IMG/VR virus record: IMGVR_UViG_3300005077_000017
Source: a virus
Length of the DNA: 64,000 bases
Direction: 5' to 3' (one strand)
Shown: piece after piece, positions 9,992 through 20,250 of the stretch
How positions within the stretch are numbered: position 1 is the first letter of the stretch
Layout of the letters: every line of letters begins with the position of its first letter
Translations under genes and position numbers: made by a program
Notes under the pieces: generated by a model
What the model was told of the DNA's origin: nothing
The model's database searches: none
The model's input: only the letters and a program-made list of their open reading frames with translations

Positions 9992-12646
9992 ATGATAAAT
10001 ATAAACGTATCAAACAACATACAACTAAATGGATTACCAAAGGAGATCTATTATAGGTTAGTACAAAGGCTAACACATCTTAATCCCAATTATGAAAATG
10101 CAATGCGTTATTCTAAGAATAAGTATAAAGCAAAAAGAATTCCTAAAACCATAAAGGCATATCAATATGATAAACAGAAAAAACAACTTATCATTCCACG
10201 TGGATTCTATTTAGAATTAAGGAGTATATTAGATGAAGAAAACTTAGAATACAGAGTTATAGAAAATTTTCCTAATTATGAACGAATAGAAACTGAATCT
10301 AATATTGAATTACGTCCTTATCAACAAGAAATGATAAATGATTTAGAATGTTACTATGGGTATAACTGTATTGCTAAAGCTCCACCGGGAAGTGGAAAAT
10401 GTGCTAGTAAAGACACTTTAGTAAAAACAGATTTAGGTTGGAAATACATACAGGATATCGAAGTAAATGATGTGGTAAAAACATTTACTGGTTATGAAAA
10501 AGTATCTAAACATTATAGTTTAGGAAGAAGTAAAACATTAAAAATCGAAGCAAATAATGTATACGGTATAGAATGCACTCCAGAACATCCTTTGTTAGGG
10601 GTTAAAGAAGGAACCTTATGTTGGGTAAAAGCAGAAGAATTAAGTATAGGAGATTATGTATTATTAGGAAGAGAAAATGATACCTATATTAGAAGAGAAA
10701 GAGATCCTCTCGCAAGATTATTTGGATATCTAATAGCAGATGGGGTAATAGGAACTAAGAAACATTTACTATTTACAAACGATAATCCATTTATAATTGA
10801 TGATTTTAGACAAGTATTAAAAGATTTGGATATTACTTGGATAGAAAGACCTAATAACGATAAAGGGTCAATAACGTTCAGTTTGCATAAACCTCAGACA
10901 TTAAAAAATAATTGGAATATTAATTACGGTCTGCGTTTAGTAAAATCTAAGGATAAAGAGATACCTTCTTATGTGATGGTGGATAAGAACAAGTCAATAG
11001 AGTTTTTATCTGCTTATTTATCCTGTGAATCTTGTTGTGGTGGTTATGGACTGTCTTTTTCATCAGTATCAAAAAAGTTAATAAATCAGATATGCACTTT
11101 ATTACTGTCTTTTGGCATTGCTTGTTTTGGAAGAAAAGATTACGAAAGATCAAATATCTATAATGGAAAACTGATAAAATTAACAGATTGTGTATATGAG
11201 GCAACAGTTGTTGCTACTTCATTAATTGTACTATTACGTTTTGATTTACCTACTATTTGGATTAATAGAATCTCTAGTATATTACCTAAAAGAACTAGTA
11301 GTAATATGGATATTGTTCCTCTGTACAAAGAAATATCTGAGTCCCACAATAGATTAAAAAACAACGGGTATGGTTACTGTAAAAAATCATATGAAAACAA
11401 TGGTGTATATGAACACGGAGTATACAGGTATAGAAAGGGAATTGTAAGTCCATCTTTTCCTATGCTAACCAAGCTAATCTCTTCTTTTGGGGAAAATTGT
11501 TCTCCATTATTAAAAGACGTTAATAAATCAAAACCATTTTTTGCAAAAATAACTAGTATAGAAGAGTCTGAGAATGAGGTTTTTGATTTAACTGTAGAAA
11601 AAGAGCATCATTACCTTGGAAGTGGTTTTTATTCTCATAACACCGTATTAGGACTTGAATTTGCAAGAAGACAGGGGTACCCTTGCCTTTGGATGGTTCA
11701 TAACGATAGGCTTTTTAAACAAGCAATAAATACTGCAGAATTAATTTTTAATCAAAGTGAAGACGAAGTAGGCATAATAAGAGGAAAAGACACTAAAATA
11801 GGAAAAAATATTACTGTAGGAATGTTCCAAACTTTAATGAGAAGAGACATAATAGGAGAAAACTTAAATACTAAATTTGGTACAATTATAGTAGATGAGA
11901 CGCATCATTCTCCTTCCAATAGTTGGTCGTATATAATAAATTGTTTTAATCCGTATTTAGTACTAGGGTTAACCGCGACTCCGCGTCGTGGTGACGGGTT
12001 AACTCAATTACTCTTTGATTATATGGGACCAATTGTAACTACTGCTTCGAAGGAAAGATTATTTGAAGCTGGTTTTGCTGTTCCAGTAGAATATCACACT
12101 TTGTATTCAGATATACATACTTATGGAGATAATTTTAAACAGATAGAAACTCATATGATTGGAATACCAGAAAGAAATGAACTATTATTTAGAATAATAC
12201 AACAAGAATATGGAGAACAAGATAATTACATAGTTCTTTTAACTTCTAGAAGAGATCACGTTGCTACCATGCACGAAATGTGCTTAGAGCGTCGTATTCC
12301 AGCCTTAAAATTACTTGGTGGAAAATTAAAAAAAGAAGAAGAAGCTCGTATTGAACAGGAATTAGATAATCAAAGGTGTAGATTATTAATAGCAACGTAT
12401 AGTTATTTATCAGAAGGGTTTGATTATCCTCCGCTTAGTACAGTGATCTTTGCAACACCTTTTAGAGACGATGTTAGATTAGAGCAATCAGTAGGAAGAG
12501 CGCAACGATACACAAAAACAAAAACACACGCTAAAATAATTGACATAACGGATGACAACAGTATGCTAAAAAGCCAATCAAGAGACAGACTAGAATATGC
12601 AGAATTATTAGAATTAGACGTAAGAAAGTATGATCTCGCCACATGA
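9992..12646 (+). CDS. superfamily II DNA helicase (UvsW/XPB-like) interrupted by an intein
   Basis: LRPYQ Q-motif, Walker A APPGSGK/T, IVDETHH, GLTATP, LIATYSYLSEGFD, QSVGRAQR. Confidence 0.9.
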   Translation: MININVSNNIQLNGLPKEIYYRLVQRLTHLNPNYENAMRYSKNKYKAKRIPKTIKAYQYDKQKKQLIIPRGFYLELRSILDEENLEYRVIENFPNYERIETESNIELRPYQQEMINDLECYYGYNCIAKAPPGSGKCASKDTLVKTDLGWKYIQDIEVNDVVKTFTGYEKVSKHYSLGRSKTLKIEANNVYGIECTPEHPLLGVKEGTLCWVKAEELSIGDYVLLGRENDTYIRRERDPLARLFGYLIADGVIGTKKHLLFTNDNPFIIDDFRQVLKDLDITWIERPNNDKGSITFSLHKPQTLKNNWNINYGLRLVKSKDKEIPSYVMVDKNKSIEFLSAYLSCESCCGGYGLSFSSVSKKLINQICTLLLSFGIACFGRKDYERSNIYNGKLIKLTDCVYEATVVATSLIVLLRFDLPTIWINRISSILPKRTSSNMDIVPLYKEISESHNRLKNNGYGYCKKSYENNGVYEHGVYRYRKGIVSPSFPMLTKLISSFGENCSPLLKDVNKSKPFFAKITSIEESENEVFDLTVEKEHHYLGSGFYSHNTVLGLEFARRQGYPCLWMVHNDRLFKQAINTAELIFNQSEDEVGIIRGKDTKIGKNITVGMFQTLMRRDIIGENLNTKFGTIIVDETHHSPSNSWSYIINCFNPYLVLGLTATPRRGDGLTQLLFDYMGPIVTTASKERLFEAGFAVPVEYHTLYSDIHTYGDNFKQIETHMIGIPERNELLFRIIQQEYGEQDNYIVLLTSRRDHVATMHEMCLERRIPALKLLGGKLKKEEEARIEQELDNQRCRLLIATYSYLSEGFDYPPLSTVIFATPFRDDVRLEQSVGRAQRYTKTKTHAKIIDITDDNSMLKSQSRDRLEYAELLELDVRKYDLAT
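10400..11641 (+). mobile_element. intein (414 aa) with LAGLIDADG endonuclease in helicase Walker A
   Basis: GSGK|CASKDTLV...CTPEHP...LFGYLIADG...VFDLTVEKEHHY...SHN|TV; Cys1, His-Asn terminus, Thr+1. Confidence 0.92.
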
Positions 12647-14256
12647 AAGATAACCTAAGTTTAATAAACCTTATCCCATATGGATCTGCTAATAAAATAC
12701 CCGCTCAAGGTTTATCTGAGAAAGATGCTACTTATTGGAAAGATATTTTATCAAGTGTAATACGTATTGCAGTAGAATTAGAAATGAATTTACCAGATAG
12801 TTATAATTGTATTGAAATGAGTGGTGGAGCTGAGTCTTGTCTATGCAAAAAAATAATTAACAATGAATGCAAACCTTCTTGCTTAAGAGAAGATTGTAAT
12901 TTGAAAAATACAAACGATTGCAATCCACAAACTTGTTTATCCATAATCTCATCCTGTACAACCTGTACAGAAGCTATAATAGATTGTAGTGTATGCAAAA
13001 AATATTTAAATCTAAAGGAAGTATCTCCTAATACATTAAGAGGTAAAATTTCAGCGGAGTTAAAACCAACTAATAATGTTACTAAAGCTAAAGGTGTTTC
13101 TCAGGTTATTACTGATGGTTCTTTATCTGGAGACGGGGGAGTCGAAATAACGACTATTGGGCAATATCCAGATTATTTTTCTCTATATGAAGATTATGAC
13201 CACATAATAAAAGTAGCAAAAGAAAATAGGGCTTGGATTAATGAGCGATGTTCTTTACATGTGCATATGCTCACTCAGCATATCCCAGATAATGGTGTTG
13301 CTGTTAAAAATCAAAATAGCAACGTATACTATAACCCATTAGAAAAACCAATTCCAAACGAAATAGGTATTAATTTTCATCAGTTGTTGAGAAGATTCGA
13401 ACATGTGTTGATTTGGATGTTTTCTTCTGGTAATTCCATTGGTAATTTAACAAGATGGGAAAAATTTAGGCAGCCTATATTAACCATCGCTTCTCCTGTT
13501 ATTTCTGATATGAATTTAGTAAGCAATATACTCATGGATTTTTGTAGAAATAAAGTGAAAAGAGAAAAATATAGCACATTTAATTATTATTATTCAAAAT
13601 TTTCAGATAGCAATGAATTTAGAGTATTCCATTTAGAAGCTAGATTTGCTGATGGAACTATGATTCCTTCTGTTGTAGCAAGCCTAGGATGTATACTGTA
13701 TGCTATGCTATTGAAAGCTGTTGATATATCAAGATATGGAGTTTTATCAATTGGGTCTGAGCCTGTAATAGCTCGTATAAATCAAATGAGAAAAGCTTTA
13801 ATGAATAATAATCGAGATTACAATTCCCCAAGGTTGAGTAATACTTCTTCTATCCATAAGTATGAAACTTTGTTTAGAGAAGAAGCTGTTGAGTTTGTAA
13901 AATTTCTAGAACCTTATTTATCAAATATGGGGTATGCTTATGATGTTTTACTATCTTTAGCTGATAACCCAGTTTCCATGAGAAGAGCCAGGGATAATAA
14001 AACTTGGGAAGAAATAGAGAAAGACATAGATCCTCATTTCAATAGAACAAATACAAAGAAACATCATGTTGAAAATAAGATTCTTGAAATAATTGATTTA
14101 GCGTTATTGTTTGAGTTAGATAATAAGGATTGGATACGTGAAGCCAGTAGTATCTCTAGTGCTGAAGAACAACAAGTAGAAGAAGCAATTGCTTACTTGA
14201 TAAAAGATGGGAAAATTAAATGGTCGGATACAACAAAAACATATATAAGGAACTAG
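12643..14256 (+). CDS. putative amidoligase (glutamine synthetase-like fold) with Cys-rich N-terminal insert
   Basis: TDGSL...GVEITT, CSLHVHM, EARFADGT motifs of the putative amidoligase family. Confidence 0.75.
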   Translation: MKDNLSLINLIPYGSANKIPAQGLSEKDATYWKDILSSVIRIAVELEMNLPDSYNCIEMSGGAESCLCKKIINNECKPSCLREDCNLKNTNDCNPQTCLSIISSCTTCTEAIIDCSVCKKYLNLKEVSPNTLRGKISAELKPTNNVTKAKGVSQVITDGSLSGDGGVEITTIGQYPDYFSLYEDYDHIIKVAKENRAWINERCSLHVHMLTQHIPDNGVAVKNQNSNVYYNPLEKPIPNEIGINFHQLLRRFEHVLIWMFSSGNSIGNLTRWEKFRQPILTIASPVISDMNLVSNILMDFCRNKVKREKYSTFNYYYSKFSDSNEFRVFHLEARFADGTMIPSVVASLGCILYAMLLKAVDISRYGVLSIGSEPVIARINQMRKALMNNNRDYNSPRLSNTSSIHKYETLFREEAVEFVKFLEPYLSNMGYAYDVLLSLADNPVSMRRARDNKTWEEIEKDIDPHFNRTNTKKHHVENKILEIIDLALLFELDNKDWIREASSISSAEEQQVEEAIAYLIKDGKIKWSDTTKTYIRN

Positions 14257-14272
14257 GAGGAAACATAGCTAT

Positions 14273-15043
14273 ATGTGTGCAATCACAGGACTTGTATTAG
14301 ATCACAGTAAACCTAGAAGCCAGCAGTTTTTAGCTAAAGTTAAAGATCTATTTACAGATAGTCTGGCATCTACAGTGTATGGTGGATATAGTGCTACAGG
14401 TGTAATGATCTTAAATAAAGGATTTAAAATTCATTGGGGTAAAAACGGAATAAGATCCCCGCTGTTTGTTGAATCCGAACAATACAAACAACTTTTAAAT
14501 CAAATAAACGAAGAAACTGTTGCTATTGTTGGTCATTGTAGAGCTGCTACCGTTGGTGGAGAAGAAAAGAATATCAATAATCATCCTCATCAATGTGGAA
14601 GTAGTATAGGAGTACACCATGGGCATGTTCGTGATCATGTAGAGGTAGCAAAGAAATTTGCTATTCCATTAAAAGGCCAATGTGATAGTGAACTACTTGT
14701 AGCTGCATTTGATGTCTTAACACACAGGTTCAAATGGCAACCCAAAAGAGTATGCAATTTCATTCAAAAGAATATTAAAGCAAATTATGCAGTTGCCTTA
14801 TTTAATAAAAATGTAGGAGATAAGCTGGTATTATTTAGAGAAAAACAGAAATTAGAAGTGCACACTGTCCGCATGGATGATTCTCTATTGACGGTAATTA
14901 ATAGTAGATTTAGTGAAACAGATAGGGTATCTAAAAAATATGATTTAGAAGATAGAAATTATATAACAGAATTTTCTGGTAGAAGTAATCGTTTAGCTTT
15001 AATATCCTCTCCTTCCGAAATGGAATTTGCAAGTATAGATTAA
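14273..15043 (+). CDS. class II (Ntn) glutamine amidotransferase
   Basis: MC start, GHCRAAT, NNHP, HHGHV, CDSE. Confidence 0.85.
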   Translation: MCAITGLVLDHSKPRSQQFLAKVKDLFTDSLASTVYGGYSATGVMILNKGFKIHWGKNGIRSPLFVESEQYKQLLNQINEETVAIVGHCRAATVGGEEKNINNHPHQCGSSIGVHHGHVRDHVEVAKKFAIPLKGQCDSELLVAAFDVLTHRFKWQPKRVCNFIQKNIKANYAVALFNKNVGDKLVLFREKQKLEVHTVRMDDSLLTVINSRFSETDRVSKKYDLEDRNYITEFSGRSNRLALISSPSEMEFASID

Positions 15044-15783
15044 TGAGTTTCAGAAAGCAATATGCATCTAATAAAGTACCTAATGTTGTTTTTGTAATTA
15101 AAAACATAGATAATATTCCTAGATTTACACCAGGTATTATCTTTATGAATAAGCCTATGCACAAGCTATACAAAGACGATATCTATTTAGTTAGTTTTCC
15201 TATACCTGTTACTGTAAACTCCAGAATTACTGAATATGACATAAGAAGTAGGAATTTACAATTAGTTAAAAACCACCCATTATCCCGTTTAGTATTTAAG
15301 GATATCCATGTAATAACAGATGATATATTAATTAAAGCAGAAGAATATCCAATTATTTATGAGATAAAGCCAGTAGAATTAGAAGTCGGGTTATCTAAGA
15401 AATTTGTTTATGAAACTCTTCTTACTTTGTCTAATATGTACGAATACTGTTGGAGCTATACAGAAAATCCGTGTCATAATTCCATTAACATTATTAAGAA
15501 GGTATCCATAACTTCAATAAAGAATGTATTCCCAATTTTTGATCGTAATCAAGCCAACGGTATATGTGTTTGTGTGCATACAGGCCACCCACTAGAGTCT
15601 GCCGATTTATCACAAGGATTAGTCTTTTTATTGTCCAATTTTAAAACTAACATCACAATGTTTGATGGAGCAGTATTAAGAAATATGGACAAAAGTTTAA
15701 CCGCAAACGGGATACGTAATAAGATATATACATTTTCAAACATATACTCAATACAGGAGGATAAGTCTGTATGTGTGGAATAG
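15043..15783 (+). CDS. hypothetical protein inside the ligase operon
   Basis: 246-aa ORF coupled to both neighbours; no family recognised. Confidence 0.7.
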   Translation: MSFRKQYASNKVPNVVFVIKNIDNIPRFTPGIIFMNKPMHKLYKDDIYLVSFPIPVTVNSRITEYDIRSRNLQLVKNHPLSRLVFKDIHVITDDILIKAEEYPIIYEIKPVELEVGLSKKFVYETLLTLSNMYEYCWSYTENPCHNSINIIKKVSITSIKNVFPIFDRNQANGICVCVHTGHPLESADLSQGLVFLLSNFKTNITMFDGAVLRNMDKSLTANGIRNKIYTFSNIYSIQEDKSVCVE

Positions 15784-17522
15784 TATGTGCTTCTATTTTT
15801 AAAAGAGAAGATAATAATGATATGGTTTCGAAAATGATTGCTTATCTGTTTTCAACCTTAATGATTGAAACTGAATCAAGAGGCAATGATGCTACAGGGT
15901 TAATATTACATTATGACGATGGTAAGTGGGAAGGTATGAAAGCAGGTATTGAAGCTTCTAAATTACTTGGTAATAATTATCAGGCATTAAAAAATAGAGT
16001 TATATTCACAAATGTATATGATGAAGATAGATTAGAAGATCTACCTGAAGATATACAGACTTACCAAAATTTTATTCGTAGTAGATGGATTGACAATACA
16101 GATTCTCCTGTGAGAACTTTAATCGGTCATTGCAGAAAATCTACAAAAGGAACCGCCACTAATAATAAAAACAACCACCCAATTATTGCTGAACCTATCA
16201 TTGGAGTACATAATGGTAAAATTGAGAATGATGATGTTATATTTGAACTTCATAAAGGAGATTTTAACAGAGACGGAGAAGTAGATTCCGAAGCAGTATT
16301 CAAGCTAATGGCAGCTTTGCATCCTGAAGATGAGGTTGGGGATGCAGACTATATCAAAACTGTAGCAATGAGTACTCAAATTGGAGCTTTTCATAAAGAC
16401 GGTACGGCTGTTGTTGCAATGCATCAGGATTATCCTGGAGTAATTTATGCCTTTAGAAAAGGAGATAGACCTTTAGAAGTTTGCTTTTCTAAGGAATTAG
16501 GCGTAGCTTTTATAATCAGTGAGCAAGTTTTCTTGAAAAAACAAATGTTGGGATTCATAGTGTCTGACATGTGCAAATTAGGATATCCTTTATTTAATTT
16601 TGAATATAAGTCAATTGGTGATTACAAAGGATTCATAATAAATACAAATAAAGAACTGACAGATGAAATGAAAATTGCTGATATTATGGAAGAATTTGAT
16701 ATACAAAGGATAATAGATACTAATTATAAAAAGCCAGAACCTAAGTATACTACCACTACCACTACCACTACTCAAACTTCTACTACAACTTCAACTGCTG
16801 CTACTTCAACTGCTACGACTACTAATGTAAATGAAACTGATGAAGAAGATGGAGATTTAAAGGAAGTATTAGGAGCGGTAGGTCGTTTGCATAATAATAA
16901 ATTTAGTCTTGATTATGCCCCAGCAAATACTTTTAACTATATATCAGTAACAGAGAACCTAAATATAGAAAATGAAAAAGAGGAAAAAGAAGAGGTAGAA
17001 CAAGACCCTTTAGCTTCATCGACCAATGCTACAGAGCCTACAAAATATGGACAGACTACTGGAATAAAAGTAGTAGACACAATCAACAATAAAGAAGAAA
17101 AAGAAACCAACAGTAGTGGTTTAACTGATAAACAAAGATTCATTTTGAAATCTACAGATTTGAAAAGATTTTTTAGGTTTAGACAAATATGGGAAAAAGA
17201 AGGAATAGATAAAAAGTATTATTCTTTATTGAAGCAACAATACGGTGAAATTATGGAAGCAGCTTTTGATCTTAGAACAGATCAGATAGAGGCTTTAAAA
17301 GTTACTTGTATTGCATCATTAAAGAAAACAGCAAAAGAAGCTGGTTTACTGTCTAAGTATGAATGTGAAACATCAATTAATCAAATGCTAATGGAACAAG
17401 ATATTGATAATAATCAGCTATCTCTATATCTAGGTTTTGATTCATTTGCAGAACTAATAGATGAGGTATATAACTCTACTAAGGATGAAAAAGTAAAAGG
17501 AACGGAATACTACCAAGGATAG
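15771..17522 (+). CDS. class II glutamine amidotransferase with Thr-rich linker and C-terminal extension
   Basis: MCGIV, RGNDATG, GHCRKSTKG, NNHP, HNGKIEN, VDSE; poly-Thr tract near 16746-16822. Confidence 0.85.
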   Translation: MCGIVCASIFKREDNNDMVSKMIAYLFSTLMIETESRGNDATGLILHYDDGKWEGMKAGIEASKLLGNNYQALKNRVIFTNVYDEDRLEDLPEDIQTYQNFIRSRWIDNTDSPVRTLIGHCRKSTKGTATNNKNNHPIIAEPIIGVHNGKIENDDVIFELHKGDFNRDGEVDSEAVFKLMAALHPEDEVGDADYIKTVAMSTQIGAFHKDGTAVVAMHQDYPGVIYAFRKGDRPLEVCFSKELGVAFIISEQVFLKKQMLGFIVSDMCKLGYPLFNFEYKSIGDYKGFIINTNKELTDEMKIADIMEEFDIQRIIDTNYKKPEPKYTTTTTTTTQTSTTTSTAATSTATTTNVNETDEEDGDLKEVLGAVGRLHNNKFSLDYAPANTFNYISVTENLNIENEKEEKEEVEQDPLASSTNATEPTKYGQTTGIKVVDTINNKEEKETNSSGLTDKQRFILKSTDLKRFFRFRQIWEKEGIDKKYYSLLKQQYGEIMEAAFDLRTDQIEALKVTCIASLKKTAKEAGLLSKYECETSINQMLMEQDIDNNQLSLYLGFDSFAELIDEVYNSTKDEKVKGTEYYQG

Positions 17523-17525
17523 AAG

Positions 17526-18740
17526 ATGTCTCAACATGAAGTCAGGGTACTAGCCTCTGATCAAATGACACAAATGGCTAATGCAAATAGAGAAGATAAT
17601 ATGATTAGATTAACTAAAAATATGAGAAACAAGATTGGGGTTAATATAGGGGATAAGGTATCAATAGGAAAAAAGAATAAAGAGATTAAAGTTTTGGAAG
17701 TAAATAGAGCATACATTCACGATACAAATTTAGTAAAGCAATATGAAGATGATATTGCATTCGTGTCTGGGCGGGTAAATCAATTTTATAATCTATTTGA
17801 TAGTATATGTTGGATTAAGAAGTATGATCTGACTCCTCTAATAACCATAGGATCAGATCCTGAGTTTATTCTATTAGAAAACAACGTCATTACTCCTGCA
17901 TATTTCATAGAAGAACAAGTGCAAAAACGAGAATTATTTAGTAAATACTCAAAATTAGGATCTGACGGTACATGTGCAGAAATACGCCCAGACCCAAGTA
18001 ATGATGCTTGCAATGTCCATACTAGCATTAAAACCATAATAAATGACTATTCCAAATATGATTTTTTAGATAAATACAAATGGCAAACTGGAACCTTAAT
18101 TGATGATGGGTATCGTAAATTTCCTTTAGGTGGACATATCCATTTAGGACTTCCTAAATACATCTTAAAAAGAAAAGAATATAACGCAACTAATATTTCT
18201 CAATTTTATCAAAAATTATTTATTTCTTTGATAAAGCTATTAGACTACTACATAGCTTTTCCTCTATTAGCGGTAGAACTAGATAAGAAGAACGAACGAA
18301 GACTTACTAGATGGTTTAATACTTCATATGGCCAAGCCGGAGAATATAGAGTACAACCTCATGGATTAGAATGGCGAACTATTTCAGGAATATGGCTTAG
18401 TAATCCAGAATATGCTTTGGCTATATTAAATGTATGCTATGAATTAACAACTTACTTATTTCAGAAGTTAGTTCCTCCCGATATGAAAGACATTAATGAA
18501 ATCAAAGTAATAGAAAATTTAAATAATATAGTAGATAATAACCACCTAGAAAAAGCAATCACAGTAATTAATACAGGTTTTACTTCTACAAATAAAAAAG
18601 CATGTAATGAAAGATTAAAAGAACTTTCTAGTATTTGTAATAATAAATACTTATACTTTCTAGAATCCTTATTCACCATGACTACCACGGAGATTGAACA
18701 TATGACATCAAAAGACTTGAGAGACACATGGCTTTCCTAA
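17526..18740 (+). CDS. phiEco32-like COOH-NH2 ligase type 2
   Basis: IGSDPEF, SDG...EIRPDP, GGHIHLG, YGQAGEYRVQPHGLEWRT. Confidence 0.85.
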   Translation: MSQHEVRVLASDQMTQMANANREDNMIRLTKNMRNKIGVNIGDKVSIGKKNKEIKVLEVNRAYIHDTNLVKQYEDDIAFVSGRVNQFYNLFDSICWIKKYDLTPLITIGSDPEFILLENNVITPAYFIEEQVQKRELFSKYSKLGSDGTCAEIRPDPSNDACNVHTSIKTIINDYSKYDFLDKYKWQTGTLIDDGYRKFPLGGHIHLGLPKYILKRKEYNATNISQFYQKLFISLIKLLDYYIAFPLLAVELDKKNERRLTRWFNTSYGQAGEYRVQPHGLEWRTISGIWLSNPEYALAILNVCYELTTYLFQKLVPPDMKDINEIKVIENLNNIVDNNHLEKAITVINTGFTSTNKKACNERLKELSSICNNKYLYFLESLFTMTTTEIEHMTSKDLRDTWLS

Positions 18741-19741
18741 TATTCTCAGGACCTACGTCAATTACAGCACCAGAAATTGCTACAGCTCTAAGAATCAATT
18801 GCGGAAGAACTTTACCTAATACAGCTCCTGATGTGATTATTAATTATGGGGCAGGAACATTCACCGTTCCTCGTGGAACAAGAAGAGTTATAAATCATCC
18901 ACAATATTTAAGAAATAAATATTCGATGCTAGAACATTTAAATAATTGCAGAAATGTCACAATTCCTCCGTTTTGTAAAGTAGAACAAATAGGAAGAGAA
19001 ATAGGGAGATCTCTTAATTTTCCTATTATTGGAAGAACTAATATGCATCAAGCTGGAGGAGGATATTGGTTATGCTTATCACAAAGAACCGTTGACTGGG
19101 CACGAAATCACGGAGCAAATTATTTTCAACAATGGAAAGATATAAAAACAGAATACAGAGTACATGTGTTTGGAAATAGAGCAATTGGTGTATACAAAAA
19201 AGTACTGAGAGAAAATCCAAAAGATGACTTTTGTAGATTAATTGCTAAAGAAATATGCGAAGAAGGTAACTATAATGGTGTTAATGAGCAAACAGTAAAG
19301 GATATATTAAAGAAGGGGGTAAAGCATTGTACAAATCCAGATTTTAATATTAGAAGTCTACATAGAGGATGGCGATTTCAAAGAGATACCAATGCTCCAA
19401 ATGTAGTTACTAATATGGCAATTGCCGCTGTAAACCATTCAGGTCTAGATTTTGCTGCTGTTGATATGATGCTTTTGGATAACAATACAGCCGCCGTTAT
19501 AGAATTGAATACTGGGCCAGGCATGGATGTTGGTGGAGAAGCTTTTAATGCTTATATAGCTTGTTTTCGAACTGCATTAACTACTCCTGCTCCAGCTGCT
19601 AGACCTGCCGCTGCCAGACCTACAGTTAATAGACCTGCACCTGCTATCCCTAGGCAAGTACCTACTGAAACACTAAGAATTGCAAGAACAACAGGAACTA
19701 ATAGAAGAAGAATAAGAAGAACAATAGTAAGAACTACATAA
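18728..19741 (+). CDS. ATP-grasp peptide ligase (RimK/YheCD-like)
   Basis: IIGRTNMHQAG, EYRVHV, GLDFAAVDM, IELNTGPG; Pro/Ala/Arg-rich tail. Confidence 0.85.
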   Translation: MAFLIFSGPTSITAPEIATALRINCGRTLPNTAPDVIINYGAGTFTVPRGTRRVINHPQYLRNKYSMLEHLNNCRNVTIPPFCKVEQIGREIGRSLNFPIIGRTNMHQAGGGYWLCLSQRTVDWARNHGANYFQQWKDIKTEYRVHVFGNRAIGVYKKVLRENPKDDFCRLIAKEICEEGNYNGVNEQTVKDILKKGVKHCTNPDFNIRSLHRGWRFQRDTNAPNVVTNMAIAAVNHSGLDFAAVDMMLLDNNTAAVIELNTGPGMDVGGEAFNAYIACFRTALTTPAPAARPAAARPTVNRPAPAIPRQVPTETLRIARTTGTNRRRIRRTIVRTT

Positions 19742-19752
19742 GAGAGGTTTAA

Positions 19753-20250
19753 TTGTCAAGAAAACTATACGAATACATTTGTATGAATTGTAAGACTACT
19801 TGGTATTATAATGCATATGCCGGAAATATTGATATATGTACTGAGTGTGGGGAACAGGGAGCCTACATTGGAGTAACAATCAAACCAGATAAAAAAGATA
19901 ATGTCAATGATGATGAAATAAATATTCGATTAAACTTTATGTTGTATAAAAAGAAAGGCAATCTAGCAGGATTTTTTAGAGGTTTTGATGAAGATAGTGA
20001 AACTGTATATCTAGAAATGCTAGGAAAATATAAAGGATGCAAAATAGAGGTATCCCTGGATAATATTAATTTGAGTTCTTATCAAATTGGTAATAAAGTA
20101 AAAACTATAAGTCAAAAGGAGAATAAGCAACTATTTGCATGGAAGAAATTACAGAAACTAACATTTCATCAGACAACGAACAAGAGCAGTTATCAGAAGA
20201 TGTGGGATTTGGGGAAACCCAGTCTATCCTTTTATCGAAGAAGTACTTAA
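19753..20250 (+). CDS. Zn-ribbon protein with possible KOW/NusG-CTD-like domain and C-terminal KPSLSFYRR motif
   Basis: TTG start; CMNC...CTEC; GFFRGFDEDSETVYLEMLG...IEVSLDNI; ends KPSLSFYRRST*. Confidence 0.6.
   Translation: MSRKLYEYICMNCKTTWYYNAYAGNIDICTECGEQGAYIGVTIKPDKKDNVNDDEINIRLNFMLYKKKGNLAGFFRGFDEDSETVYLEMLGKYKGCKIEVSLDNINLSSYQIGNKVKTISQKENKQLFAWKKLQKLTFHQTTNKSSYQKMWDLGKPSLSFYRRST

Noticed and set aside
16746-16822. ACT/ACC trinucleotide run
   Set aside because: In-frame poly-Thr linker of the amidotransferase; no frameshift potential
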